A DNA stretch of 64,000 bases. Origin: Lepidodermella squamata. Its lineage: Eukaryota > Animalia > Gastrotricha. The position numbers were made by a program, and so were the translations under genes. The notes below the pieces were generated by a model that searched no databases, was not told where the DNA came from, and was given only the letters and a program-made list of their open reading frames with translations. Below are positions 49,676-63,109 of this stretch, piece after piece (the stretch's first letter is position 1; every line of letters begins with the position of its first letter). The DNA lies in NCBI GenBank assembly GCA_047495785.1, contig JBLDXI010000001.1, positions 2,046,001-2,110,000 on the forward strand, in the 5' to 3' direction.

Positions 49676-50140
49676 TCAGCCGTGAAAATAGGTGAAAACC
49701 GTCGTTGCAGCAACAACAGAGATCAAATCTGCTGCAGTGTGAAGCCAGAGTAGTGGAAATGAGTGGTTTCCGAAAAGAACGTGCGGAACTTGCAAGAACA
49801 AGTGCACCAAGGTAAAACCAAGCGAAACACGGAAAATTTCCAAGCTCGAACTAACGGCAAGGTGACTGAAAAGAAAACCAGCTGTGAACTCAGTTATGAA
49901 ACGGAATAGTCAATACCTCAGCAGAGAGAACAAACAAAAATTGACAGCAGCGTTACAGGCAACGGCTATAGCCAGCATTTGAGGCAATTTTTGACTATTC
50001 GGCAAATCTTCAGGTTTCTTGACCGATGGAAACGCCAGTTTCATGAACAGTGGCCCAAATAAAACGTTCGAGTAGAAAAATCCTGACAGTAAAAACTGAA
50101 TAGCCACTGCAACACAGACCGGAATCAAAATATCCAACAT
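49676..50140 (-). CDS. Small multi-pass (about 4 TM) membrane protein, DUF1761-like, 2 exons
   Basis: Exons 50140-49917 and 49865-49676 join in frame. SGFFYSNVLFGPLFMK resembles the DUF1761 motif G.lWYs..lFG..Wm. Confidence 0.65.
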
Positions 50141-51725
50141 TTCGATGCCGCCAACAAAAATGTAGTCAATTCCTTATAAATGAAAAGAAGTGCAAGGTAG
50201 CAGTTTTTTCAAGTACCGGAGCCCGTTAGCAGTTGATTGGAAAATGAAAAAAGATAGGGTCAAAACCGTGCTGGAAACTGGAATCCAGAAGCTGGAAACA
50301 AACTCAAGTAATTAAAACCAACTAAAAATGCAGAAAAACTGAAAACCAGGACATAACAACAAATCAACGTCTTTATTCGTGCATGCCATAACACCGTGAA
50401 TCAAACGCATACATATTATACCATAATATGTATTCATCAGCGGATATCTATCAGAGTAGTAACAAAGCGCGAATCCAACAAACGGTAACGGTAGTAATAA
50501 GTTTATGAAATCAAAATTTCTTTTCATTTTAATGCAGGTTTGAAGCAGTTTTACGGTGGCGCGGGATAGCGAAGAAGAAAGGAAAAAGGGCATTTTGTTC
50601 ATTAATTTTCGAATTTTTTTTATCATAATAATTTTTATGATCGCCCGATCATCTTTTTACGAGAATAGAGGGGTCATTTATTGACCCTCGCATCAAAAAG
50701 ACACAAGACATAAATAGCGCATATATATATGTGTGTAATAGAAATCAACAAACTGCATTAATTGTTCGAATCATCTTCATGAAATCGACGTCCGAATTGA
50801 GAAATGTTTTTTAAGCAACAAAGAACAGCCAGAAATGGCTGAATTTCTTAACAATCACCAACGAAAATTCAGAAGTAGTTATATCTTGACGCGTTTTTAC
50901 ACATTAGCAAATCAATAGATATTATATTTGTACATAACGTGATTGGATATGGTGAATGCTCGAGTTGACAAAATAGCGCAGAAAACTACAACAATTTATT
51001 TTGGGTAATAGCGCCAGTTTTAAAGCGAGAGCAGCCAAGCTTCATATAACTTGGCATATATTACTTTTTTATTCGAATATAGATATGCTCTCATGTCTTT
51101 CATCTTTTTGTGTAAATAATCTTCTGTACATTTCTGAGTTAATTTTTTACGGTAAATATATATTTCATTTTAACAAATAGCACGATCGAAAGCTGAAGGA
51201 AGCGGCTTTGAAAAGCACGTCATTATCCACTAAGAATGTGTTAAAAGAAAACAATCAAAACAATCATATCTCGGCTGCGAGAGAGAAAGAAAGTGAGGCA
51301 GATTCTTTACTGATAGGTTGACATTTTGTAAGAGTACGAGCTGTGAAGTGATCGCCAAGAGCTACTTCATCTGGTATTAAGCGCGTGACTAGATTATGAC
51401 AGCATTAAAACCTATTTGGAATATATGTTCTTAGCAAGCTCGATAAAGTGGGCCTAGTATAAGTTCGTCTAATGCTCTTAGCATGAAAGATAATTTTCTC
51501 ATCTCGACGAGTAAAATAAAGTAAAAAAGACGACGAAAACACTTTGTAATTTTCGACAAAACACAACAGCGCTCAGCAGATGGGGGGAAAAGCGGTATTT
51601 TGCAATTATTTACAAATTCATTCGAGAAATATGACGCTATAAAATACGCTTGGCAAACTTCCTTGTATACATTATGTACAAGAAGTTGATATTCGCGATC
51701 AGCAAAAACAGCAAAATGCATTTCT

Positions 51726-52975
51726 TCATAGAGGACGATGACGAACACCGGGAGACCGCTCCGCAAGCTTGCCATTACCATTAGAATATGAGCCATTTTT
51801 GTGCACCTCGTGAGAGGTGATGGAACCGTTCGACGACTTCGATGAAAGATCGTCCGGTTCGGATTCGTCTGTTTCTGAGCGCTCGTCTTTTTCGACATCA
51901 CCAGATCTTAATGCTTTTGCAGCGGTTTTCACGATGAGAGTGAACCAGAAAATATGCAGAGCAAGTAGGACAAACAAAAAGAAGTTGAAGAATATATGAA
52001 CAGCGTAATATTCCGAAAACAGCAACACAGTTTCAATGAAAGTTGAGCGAATGATGTAGAATGGAAAGAATCCGAGACGAGTGATAAGCCAACAAACTGT
52101 GAATGCAACAAACATGGCATTGCACAGCGTTGTCTTGCCAAGGTACCGAACTGTTTTAGCGCCTTCCATAATTACATCAGCAATGTCGTGAGAGACCAAT
52201 ACGAGCGACCCGATTCGGACAAAATTGAGAATCCATGAAAACACCAATAGGGTCAGTGTGGCGACGTGATGGATAATCATTTCAGCAAAATCTTTCCGTT
52301 TCACATCGTAAAGTTGAGTGCAAACTGCCGAGACATAAAAGCCCGTTTCCATCATGTAGTACCAAAAAATCGAATCTGGAACATGCAGATTGGGATAGCC
52401 GATCCAAGCATCCCGAGTGTCCCACAGCCAAGATTTATCTAACAAGACTATCGTTCCATACGCCTAAGAGAATTGAATATTTTAAGTAAAAACTATACAC
52501 CAATACAAGCAGGTTAAAAGATAAACTTTACCTGCAAAAAAGTGTATAAGGCTGTCCGCCATGCAGCCTCTGTGAACCTCTTCATAGTGGAAGGGCGGTC
52601 CTGTTGTCGCCTCAGTCGGAACCACGCATTAACGCGAAGCTCTTGCATTCCCACCTCTTTGGCGAGCCTGACGACTTCCTCGTCTGATGGGCTTCGGCTT
52701 CGCTTAAAAGCAGCTTCTAGTATTGGATTCGGCGACGCTCGTTTTCGCTGCCGTTCGCTTAACTTATATGCACGCCCAATAGGACGGAAAACGTAAGATT
52801 CGATAATAAATCGAATGATAGTTATGACAACGGCAATCGGAAAAGCGTATAGCAAATCATTTGCTTGAGGCTTGTAGATGGTAGGATCCGTGTTCGTCAT
52901 ATTCACCCAGGTGCAATTTGGCGGCAGCCAAAAACTCCGTGACCAAAATGCATCACTTAGATACTGTAAGCTCAT
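51726..52975 (-). CDS. Homeodomain-containing ceramide synthase (CerS2-6/schlank type), 2 exons
   Basis: FWSRSFWLPPNCTW, Hox-like VNAWFRLRRQQDRP, KRFTEAAWR, Lag1p motif KRKDFAEMIIHH...HDIAD, C-terminal KDERSETDES. Confidence 0.96.
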
Positions 52976-54416
52976 ATTAGTAACAATAAATGGCGATGCT
53001 ACCAAACAGAAAAATACATAGAAATATTGCGAAGTTAGAAGCGCCAGCGCATAATATACGTAAAAGAAACTGTAGACCTCAGATCGACAAATCTCTATTT
53101 CTAGGAGTTCATCTTCCAACTTCAGGCAAACGATTTCGATTGCGGAATGAACCAGCTAAACTTTCTCTTCCCAAAACTATAAAAATGATATTGCGGGTAG
53201 AACAATATGAAACCTACACCAGCGCTGTAAGTTGTGTTAAGGTTTACATAATGACTGCATGTTTATAAATAGCAATTAAAAGATAAAGCATGAGGAGAGC
53301 TAAGATAACAGGCACTGATAACGAATCACGCATTGAAAACTTCCACCCCAAAAACCCACGCATGAATGCAAAAATAGATCACTCTTATCATTTGCCTCTT
53401 GTGAAAAATAAATAATTATGCCAAAAAAAAATCAAAACGGAATATGTATTAAGCAGAAGAAGCATGGATAACGTACGCCATGTGAAGAGCTGCGAGCTGC
53501 GAGCAAGTTAGTTGACAGAATGATGGGAAAACTTCGCACTGCATCAGTTTTTGACAAAAATTTTAGCAAAAATCGAAGGTAGATGTGGCTCTCATGATTC
53601 ATGGTCAGGGCTCATAGCCTCTGGCATCAGGCAGCACAGCGTACCGCGGGCCAATCCGCTCAACTTAGCCAAACGGACTGAAATCGGCCTGAAAATCATC
53701 GTCGATGATTTTGAGCGCGCATTTATTAATTTTGTTTCACATAAAATCAGTCGAAAACCGTAATGAAAAAATAATATTTAATATAGAATTAAAAGCATAA
53801 TTTTTGTTTTTATAATTTAAAAATTTCCCGCCACTGCAAGATTCGGGTCTTCTCGCAGCTTCAACGCGAGATTGATCAGCCGACTCAAGATGGACAAGAG
53901 CCAAAAATATATTGCCGACTGCCTTGATATGAGCTGACGAAGTTTGCAAGAGGGGCCATGGGTCATCTCCTTGCAAGCGCTTTTTCCTGTCCAGTGAACC
54001 GATATACAGCATTCTACTGCCTTCTGCCGAAACACAGAAACCTTCCTCTTGCTGTTTGCATTTTTTGTTTGACGAGATGACAAAAAGCTGCTAACATATT
54101 ATTATTGAGTATCGTTGATTGTTCGGTGGCGGAGACAGCAGGTCGCATTTATTCGCATGCGCTTCTCAGGTAAATTAACCGCCTCTCACCTCTGTGTCTG
54201 CATTTGGGTTTCGCCAAGCGCTGTTTCATTTCAAACTTTGTGATCATATCGGTCATGGATTCAAATTAAGGTTTGAATGTCTTTGGGGTGCTATTGATAA
54301 TTTTAATTTCGAGGAAACCCTTGTTACAATTTAATCATATGATTTTCCATTTTCCTCCTTGACTAGTTGATTTCACTAATTAATTATTGCTAGGAATCAA
54401 TTTTAGCTATTACGCA

Positions 54417-57400
54417 ATGCCTTCGGCCGTCGATGAACTACTAACCCTGATTGAAGAAAGCAATCTTCGGGAGGTAAGTTAATGTCGCAGAGTTGTTTTT
54501 ATTCTTGATGCTTAAACACCCTTAAGCAGTCAGCTGCCGAGGATGTGCGAAATAAGATTAGCAGTCTGGGATCTGATGAATGGTGTGTTGTGTTGTCCAA
54601 AATTACCGATCAGCTTCGCATGTTATCTCAAACTGAAGTAGTCGGCGACAAAGAGAAGGTAAACATAAGCTATAATGAATTCTGTTCATTTGAAAATATC
54701 ACCATTAGGCTGAAAAGTTGCGGTTGGTGACTGCTGTGTTAACAAGTTTGGACGTGGATGATGTAAACTTTCGCGAGAGAGATGACTTGGCCGAAGCGAT
54801 ATCATGTAAATTAAGATCTGCCGTTTGATGAATTTTGAATTCGGTTTTTTCCAGCTGTCATTGAATCGAGTGTGAACGTTAAAATTCAGAAATCTCTGTC
54901 TGATATCCTGTTCGAATGGGTCAAGAAAGATTGGCTTCACAATAGTCCGAGTCTCTACAGACTGCTGCGATTTGTTATGCGTCAAGTAAAATCTCACAAA
55001 AAGGTTTGGACCTTTAGCTAGGTTTTCATTATTTTAATCATGTTTCATTTACAGGCTGTCGATATCAAAAATTTGGCCATTCTGTCGAGTGTTGCAGCTT
55101 ACGCCGTCCGTTGTAGCGATGATTTTGCATTCGTTAACGAAGTGTGTTCGATTGGGGTCCACCCAAGTGTTTTCCAAAATCAAGATGTGCGTTTACATGT
55201 GAATAACATTACGAATGGTTTTACACGCAGCCTGTCTCATCTCAGGGTAGAAAATTCACCGTCAAACTCTTCGAACAAGTTCCGCAACGAATGCACGAGC
55301 AGATGAAAGTCATGCTATCCGGTCAGGATAAAAAGATTGGCAAGAATCTGGGCGACCTTTACCATCGATGCGTAACTACTTTCATCGGCCAGACTAAGGA
55401 AACTTTCATTCAGCAGTGCTTGCAAGATCTTGCCTATTGGAGCTTGTGTATGCCTGATGAAAGTCTAGCGCTTACACTTATCGAAGCTATGGTTTTCATC
55501 AACAAAAAGCTAAAAGTTACGAAGTCTGGTAGCGACGACTTGTTCGATATTTACTCGCCGTTCCTTATGAAAATGACCCAGGTACCTAACAGCACGTTTC
55601 GGAATCGCGCGGCCAGGCTTTTGACCACTGCCTATCCTCTTGTTTCGTCGAAATCGCCCGATGATGAGAATGAAGACTTTCAAAATGACCAACTCGCTGC
55701 TATCGAACGCCTTCTTGAGGACAACGTTCCAGCCGTTCGGGCCACAGCTATTGTCGGCCTTTGTGAACTTGCAAGTTGCATCGCCGAAGCTTTACCCGTA
55801 GGGTGGCTGCAGAAAGTTCTCGGAAAAGTTTTTGTTCGGCTTGCGTTCGATGTTTCATCTCCTGACGTTCGCCTGGCTTGCGTCAAAGGCCTAGGCCGTT
55901 TGGTTGAGAATCACGTTTTATGGCCCTTAGCTGAGCGTCTTTTCACAGAGACCAAGCACTTGCTTCATGACAAATCGCACTTGGTAAGTTTTTGCCTTAA
56001 ATATTTCGTTGGACTTACAAATTTGTGATAATATTCATAGGTCCGAGCTGCTTTCGCTCAACTGCTGGACAAAATTGCCAAACTACATGCGTTTAAACCA
56101 TGGAAGCATCTGCAATCTCGCGTTGATTTCTTACCGCGCCTTGCGATGGATGATCAATCAATCTGCCGCCCTCTTGCATCGCTTCTGCTCGAATGCTACT
56201 TGCCTTCTGACAAAGACGCAGTTTCTCACCTTGACACTTGCATTAATCTAGTCGGATCAAATGCCTTAGCAGCCAGAAATTTCTACCGAATCGCAATAAC
56301 TCAGCTAACTTTTGTCCGAGGTTCAGCTTTCATCGACATCGTCCTACGTCATTTGGCCATCAAAAGCGCTCGTCTACTGAAGAAAATGGAGTTGGAAGGC
56401 GACGATGCCAACGTCACGATCCAAGCAACAACTGGCTGTGGCGGTGGCGACGTTACCATGGCTGAATCGGGCGATTCTTTGATCAAATCAGTCGATGACT
56501 TGGTAAAATTGACTGACGTCGCCGCGGCTTGTTGGCTGGCGTTACTGCCTCAGTTGAAGCAAACCCACAACTCGGCAACTGCTCGAGACCTCGAGCGATT
56601 AGCCGCGACTGCGTTACCTCGAATTTTCAAATTGTGCGAACACTTCCACAAAGATGCGTCGAATGTTGTGCTTTTCGCGAGCTGCCTACCCTGGCGAACT
56701 GTCCCGGTAATTTTTCAGAAAACAGTTGGATTTTTGAAGAAAAATGACGTTGATGAGTCCTCTTCTGACTCGAGTAACGCCTTCCGCCAAACCGCGTCAG
56801 TTGCCATCAAAGCGTTGACTAATTGGGCGAAATTGAGCGAGTTACTCCACATCATTCACGAATCAATTCGAGAGGGCATAGCTGCGTTGCGTAAGAAAAA
56901 CAAGGCCGAAAATGCGTTGGAGGAATCGAAACGTCGCAGCACGAGAAAACGGGTTCGATTCGGTAAGAAAGAAGCTGTGAAAGAAAACGCCGAGCCCGCG
57001 AATGCAACCAACGACCTAGAGACCCATCTAGGCCTCCTCGATATGCTGCTGCGTAATCGGAGCTGTGTTCGCCAGTTGCGTGGCAAGGAGCCGCAGCTGC
57101 GTGAAATCTGGGAGGAGTTAACATCAGCCCTTGATTTGATCGGAAGCGTCTCGGTTAATTTCGATTCAAATGAGCTGGGCGATGTGGAGCGCCATTTGCT
57201 TCTTATTTTCGAATTTTATTGTCGAATCGGGCTATGGCTCCACGTTGATTCAACGAAAACCCCTGCGATGATCGATGATTCGTTTTTGAAGCAGCTGACA
57301 AAATGGCTACGAAGTCATACCAACATTTTCTCTGGCGCAAATGCCAAGCCGCTGAATGAATTCCAAGTCGGGTTATGTCGTCATTACTTGAAACAACTCG

Positions 57401-58233
57401 CGACGTGTATGATGCTAAACGCTGTTTCAACTGCTACTGACAAAGACAGTTCAATTTCGAGTGGCATGGGCCTGTCAGATATTTTCGAAATGTCCCTTGA
57501 TGCCACCGCCTTTATTCCGACGGCGAATCGAGCTACTTTGGCTGAATCTGTCATCAGCTTGGTCCACGCATCGGTCGCGAAATTGACGACACTGAACGGG
57601 CAGTTGACTCAGCAAGAGCGCAGCGAGCATATGCGAGTTCTTCTAGCTCACCTCACCGCATTGGACGATAGCAACAAAGAAGTTGCAGCTTCAACTCTGG
57701 TCCATGCGACTGATTGCTTCGTTCTGTTGGCCCTTCTGTGTAAGAAAGCCGAGAAAACTGCTGGGCGTAATGTTGCTGAGGAAGAGCGAATCGCCGACGG
57801 ATTCTCACGTTTGGTATCTATCGTTGTGAAAACTGTTGATCGAAGCAAGGTAAATGATGGTCAAATTCGGCATTTTATGATTTTTACTTTCGTATTTCAT
57901 TAAATTCAGGCGCCTAGTGAAAATGAAGATGGGGATTCTCCGAAGGAAAAGCGCCGGCCCGTCTCGAAAAATCCTCAAGATTCATCTCACCTATTCAACA
58001 TCGTTTTCTCTCGTTTCTACCCGAGTGCAGTTCGGGGAATTTTCAGCCCTCATTTGCAAATATTGGAACAAAGATTGCCCGAAGATGCGAAGATTCGCCA
58101 GTCTGTGTCTCGCTGGTTGGCCAACATTGGTTATGATGTTAAAGATATACCGGCCGGCTTGCTTAAATCTCTGGAGGAAGTCAAGCTATCTGAAGACCCA
58201 GTTAACACGAACGAGAATTCGGTTGAAGTCTGA
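54417..58233 (+). CDS. NCAPG2: Condensin II complex subunit G2, multi-exon
   Basis: HEAT region YSPFL...NSTFRNRAARLLTTAYPL...LLEDNVPAVRATAIVGLC...LAFDVSSPDVR...LHDKSHLVRA matches recalled CAP-G2. Confidence 0.9.
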
Positions 58234-58720
58234 GTAACACATGTCGACTGGACTGACTCAATTACATCTTTTTCATTTTACTGTTTATTAATTTTAGCAG
58301 AAATAAAAAGCATGATCATATTTTCGGGAATTTTTATTGATAATGAACTATTGTTAATCCCGTGGAAATATTTGAAAATTTGCACATTTTTCAAAGCATC
58401 CAAATAAGGCGACTTAGATTCACGACATATATTAAATTTTGATGGGTAATATCGTTGCAAAATTATATTTTTTCGATCGATATTATAAAGCAGTTTCATG
58501 ACTAATCACATGCTTGCGATAAAGCACGTACGAATGCCAATAACGGCAAGGCTCCACCGAATGGTCACGTCATGCTACACATCTATCATGCCACGAAAAT
58601 CACAAAGCACATCGCCTTTATGATTAGACTGCGCGAGGTTATTGTTAAGCAGTTAAAAAATAATGTTATTCACGTTTCTAGTCATCGAAGATTAATAAAA
58701 CTAGCTAACATCCGCGAAAA

Positions 58721-59731
58721 TCAATCAGATTTTCTTGAGGCGACCGGTCCGCCATGCTCTCCCTGTAAAAAAAATAAATATTACAAATTCATAGAAACAA
58801 AGAAGCACAAACCCTCTTTTTGACTGAGTATTGTTGGAAATAAAAATTTCCGAAGAGGACGAATAGGCTCAGCAAATAACCCATCTGGCAATAGTGAAGG
58901 AATGGTAGAGGTTGTTCACAGCCAGTGAGCAAAGTTTGTGCGGAGTGGGCAATAACCAGGAGAAATTGAGCCATTTGCACCACGGTCAAATACTTTTTCC
59001 ACCACAAATATTTGCGGTACGCTGGACCTAGCTCGGCAATCGCATAGTACGCGTACATGATGATATGAACAAACGAGTTGACGACAGGACCAAAGAAAGC
59101 TGAAAATTCAAACTCATCTTAGCATTGTTTAAACAATTATGATATATGTATTATACCATTTCCACCAGCAACAAATTTTGTGCCCATCCACCAAATTGGA
59201 AACATCTATCATTGAAAATCTTAATGTAGAATTTTTTGTTAAGCTGGATAACTAACCGTAGCATGATGGTAAGTGTGAAGAAAGGAAAGATGCGAGTCTT
59301 TCTTTCGCAGAATGAGGATCAGAGTATCGATGAGATCAACCGCTCGAAGTATGTAATACCACCAGATACCACTTGCGACCTAGAAAAAACAATATATTAC
59401 TCGAGACACTACTAAGAATGAAGGAAATTCGAACCATCAGTTCGCCTTCCGTAGAAGAGTAAAGAAGAGGCTGGCACTGCCAATTATATCCAGCTTTGAA
59501 TGCGCCTCCGACCAAAAGCCATAAGGAATAAATGTTGAAGATAATAAGAATAGCATTATGCGCCAAGACGAAAAGGTGAAGATCAAACGGCTTGGAATTT
59601 TTCATAAGCTTTGGGCCGAATCGAACCATCAGAATGTAAAGACATGATACCAAGGCCGTGGGCAAAAAAGACTGCATAAGTGGCCAGTCCGCGACACGCT
59701 TATCCGCGTAAGACTCGATGCTTTCAAACAT
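58721..59731 (-). CDS. Fatty-acid elongase, ELOVL4-like, 5 exons
   Basis: DKRVADWPLM, DTLILILRKK, SFLHTYHH, MFPIWWMG, NSFVHIIMYAYY, KYLWWKKYLT; C-terminus RKSD. Confidence 0.95.
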
Positions 59732-60496
59732 TTTTAAGCAGCGGCTCTAAATCGGACGAGTGAAATATAAATTGAATGACGGTGGCAACAACGAAAGGCG
59801 CTCATTGATGAATAATTTAGAGCGCAACAATAATGAGTGTGGTATAACCTGCCACTGTTACGTGATGAGTAATCACATGGGTTCAAAGTACAGATGTTGT
59901 GATGCGGTTTGAAGTAACGAGGACCAAAATGTAACGCGTCCTTAGAAACAAATAATAATAGAGACAATAATTATCTTCACTCTCATAAACTGTTTAAGAT
60001 TATATGAACAATTTTTATATCAGCACGCTTAAAAATCAAACCTTCAAAATTAATTTGGCGCTAATTTTTCATCACGTCTCGTCTCTCGGCTCGCCTGAAG
60101 TTAGCCGTTCTCCTGGATGCGGCTCGTGTGGTTTGTGGCGGGTGGCGGCGGCGAATGGGTTAACCGGTGCGAAGGAAAAAAACGTGACGTCACTCTTGCG
60201 TTTTTTTTCTGTCTCTTCGATATACATAGCAAAACATGCACACCCTCCGCAAACCAGACAACCTTTGGACTCTTGCCGGCGTGGCTACTACTCGCTACAA
60301 AGTCCGAAGGCTGCGGTCGCCATTCGTTATCTCATTGTCTACTTCTATATCTTTCAGCATTTCCTGTGAAGTCGTGTTGCCTATACATTTTTCTTATTTC
60401 AAATTCTTGCAATAACTTAAATCTTGAATTGTTTATTTTCTTTTTTCATAGGCTGTTGTTTTGTTATTTCCACAGTGGCTCGTGAACGGATCACCC

Positions 60497-61625
60497 ATGA
60501 TGGATATTATCAGAAACGTGCAAAGTTGGGCTGATAAATTTGTTGCAGAGAATGGAGGTAATATTATTGCATCGGTGTGATTTCCTTGATTTCTAGATAT
60601 CATATTTCAGATCCCTACGTCAGTGATTACCCATTGATGGACAGCATCGTACCTGTCTTGGTCTTAACATTGCTTTATAATGGTTTCGTTGTCGTTGGTC
60701 CTCGCGTCATGGCATCTCGACCACCGTTTAGTCTGCGCAATGTCTTGATTCTCTACAATCTCTCTATCACATTGCTGTCTGTCTACATGACATACGAGGT
60801 TGGTTTCGATCGGACTTGATTTGATTTTTAATTTGTTTACGTGCTTCCTTAGTATTTTGTTGGGGCTACATCCTCGCCATCGTATTCGATCACCTGTTTC
60901 CCAACCGACCGAAACGGTACTTCTTACGGTACCAGGGTAGGATATTTAGTGGCAATGAAAATATCAGTTGATAGAATTGACGTTTTAGCTTCGAAACGTT
61001 TCATGGATCTACTTCTTCTCGAAGATCTTGGAATTCGCCGATACCATATTTTTCATTTTGCGGAAGAAAAATAATCAAGTTACATTTTTGCACGTTTATC
61101 ATCACACCAACTTGGCTGTGTTTGGCTGGATGGGTGTCCGATTCGTTCCGACGGGCGAAACTTATTTTCTTGCCATGCTTAACAGTGGAGTTCATGTGAT
61201 AATGTATTTCTACTATATGATGGCCGCAATGGGACCTCAATGGCAGAAGTATCTCTGGTGGAAAAGATATCTGACGCAAATTCAACTGGTTGGTGTAATA
61301 TCATTTTTACGGTTCACATACCTATTCCAAATATTTTTAGATCCAATTCGTTTCAATTTTGTTGCACTATTCCTACATTGCCATTTTCAACTACCAAAAC
61401 TGCGACTTCCCTCGTGGCGTCTTGATAGCTTATTCTTTCAACAGCATATCTTTCTTCCTACTCTTCATGCATTTTTATCGACTTGCGTATAACAAAAGCC
61501 GCAAAGAAGCTAAGGAAGCTGCACTGGCGGCCGTTAACAACGAAGAGAAGTCATCTCATAGCGACGTGTTTCGCTCTCGTCCTGACACGCTCACGCACAG
61601 AGCATCTCCGAGAAAAGCAGACTAA
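60497..61625 (+). CDS. Fatty-acid elongase (ELOVL1/4/7 group), 5 coding exons
   Basis: [57 protein letters not shown]; C-terminus RKAD. Confidence 0.95.
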
Positions 61626-63109
61626 ATAACGGCAGCTACAATTATTCGAACTCTAATGCATAGCAAAGACGTTTTGAGACATAGCGCTACTGCTGAGAAC
61701 TCTTTGTTTCACGTGTTTAAATTTCTCCTTCATCTCTATATTGAAATGATCGATTTTGTGTTGTCACCTCACCATTGCAGTTGTGATATTCACGAACTGC
61801 TTTTATACTGCTGCAGGATTTTTCGATATCTTAGTTCATTCTATTTTAATTAGTCCACGTAAAAATTCCGATAACTATAACTTACGGTGTTCGATGTGCC
61901 TTTCCGTGATATTCCCAAATGGATATGATTGTAGGGAGTCTGTGTTTACTGCTTATTATTTCTTATCGCCTTTTCGCGTCCAGGTGACTTTTATTTACCT
62001 TGCATAGATCTTACCTTCGTATCACGGATCAATAATAATAAGCTGGAGTATATACTTATATTTTATGCGTGTTGTAGAGTGTTAGTCAAATATCGCTCAC
62101 TTTCTGCTTTCTTGCTTTTATTTGAAACTATGACAAGTGCAAACCGGTACTTCGGTCAGATCCTGGTCATTCATAGCTGCTTATTATTTTTCAGTGACAT
62201 GCTATATTATTTGTTTAGCATGTTTTTTCCCGCGTGAAATATTACCACGGATGCCTTGGCTTGTAAGATATGCTAATTTCTTGCTGATAACAAAATATCA
62301 ACGATTGTGCCTTTTTGAAGAGAGTAATTCCTTACTTTCCAACAAAGTGTTGTCCATAAATTGATGTGTAATCATCTATATATTGTTTTGCTAAATGTTG
62401 CCGTTTTGATTTGGTGCCGTGAGAATGAAAACTAGTAAGGTCAACTTCAACTGATGTAATGACATTGAAGGTATCAATAAACTTTGCTTGAAGCTACAAA
62501 ACCCGATGTCTTAGTTTTAATATGCAGTCATAGTATCGTAATAATGTAGTAAAATGGCTTGTGAGTTTCCCTAATATCCCACCATATTTGATAGCTACTT
62601 TGAAGCGAATTGTTCTTGGTTCCTGACTAATTACCGGCAGATTATTGTATTTCGTCGTTTTTATCATATCACGTGTGTCATTCCAGGTTCTAACTCAGCT
62701 GATAAGCCACGATTTTTTCATCGAGAAACGCGTGTCTCCATTAGCATGCACGTAGCGAAGGTTAACGACTGTACTCACGCATTTTGCTCTATTTCAGTCA
62801 TCCGAACCACACCAGCCACGTTTTCATCATTTTTCAACCCTAACCCTAGCGGCTTTTCGTAAAGCTTAAACAACCTGAAATAGAAAAAACGAATATCAAA
62901 AGTTGGAATAGTCGCGTTTTACTTCTTCACAGTCGTTAAAAACGTGGTTCACCTCTCTCAACAAGAATATTCGCTGTTCGTATAAATTTTGACGTATATA
63001 ATAATAAATATTATTATTGTAAACAAAAAGGATTGAAGAGACCGGAATTATAGCAAAAATTGTGGATAAATAGCACTTTTCAACATCATGATATTGCATC
63101 ATAGAAATT

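Noticed and set aside
62835-62848. AACCCTAACCCT as telomerase RNA template or interstitial telomere
   Set aside because: Only two units, no pseudoknot evident, and it lies within an exon-like segment on the other strand.
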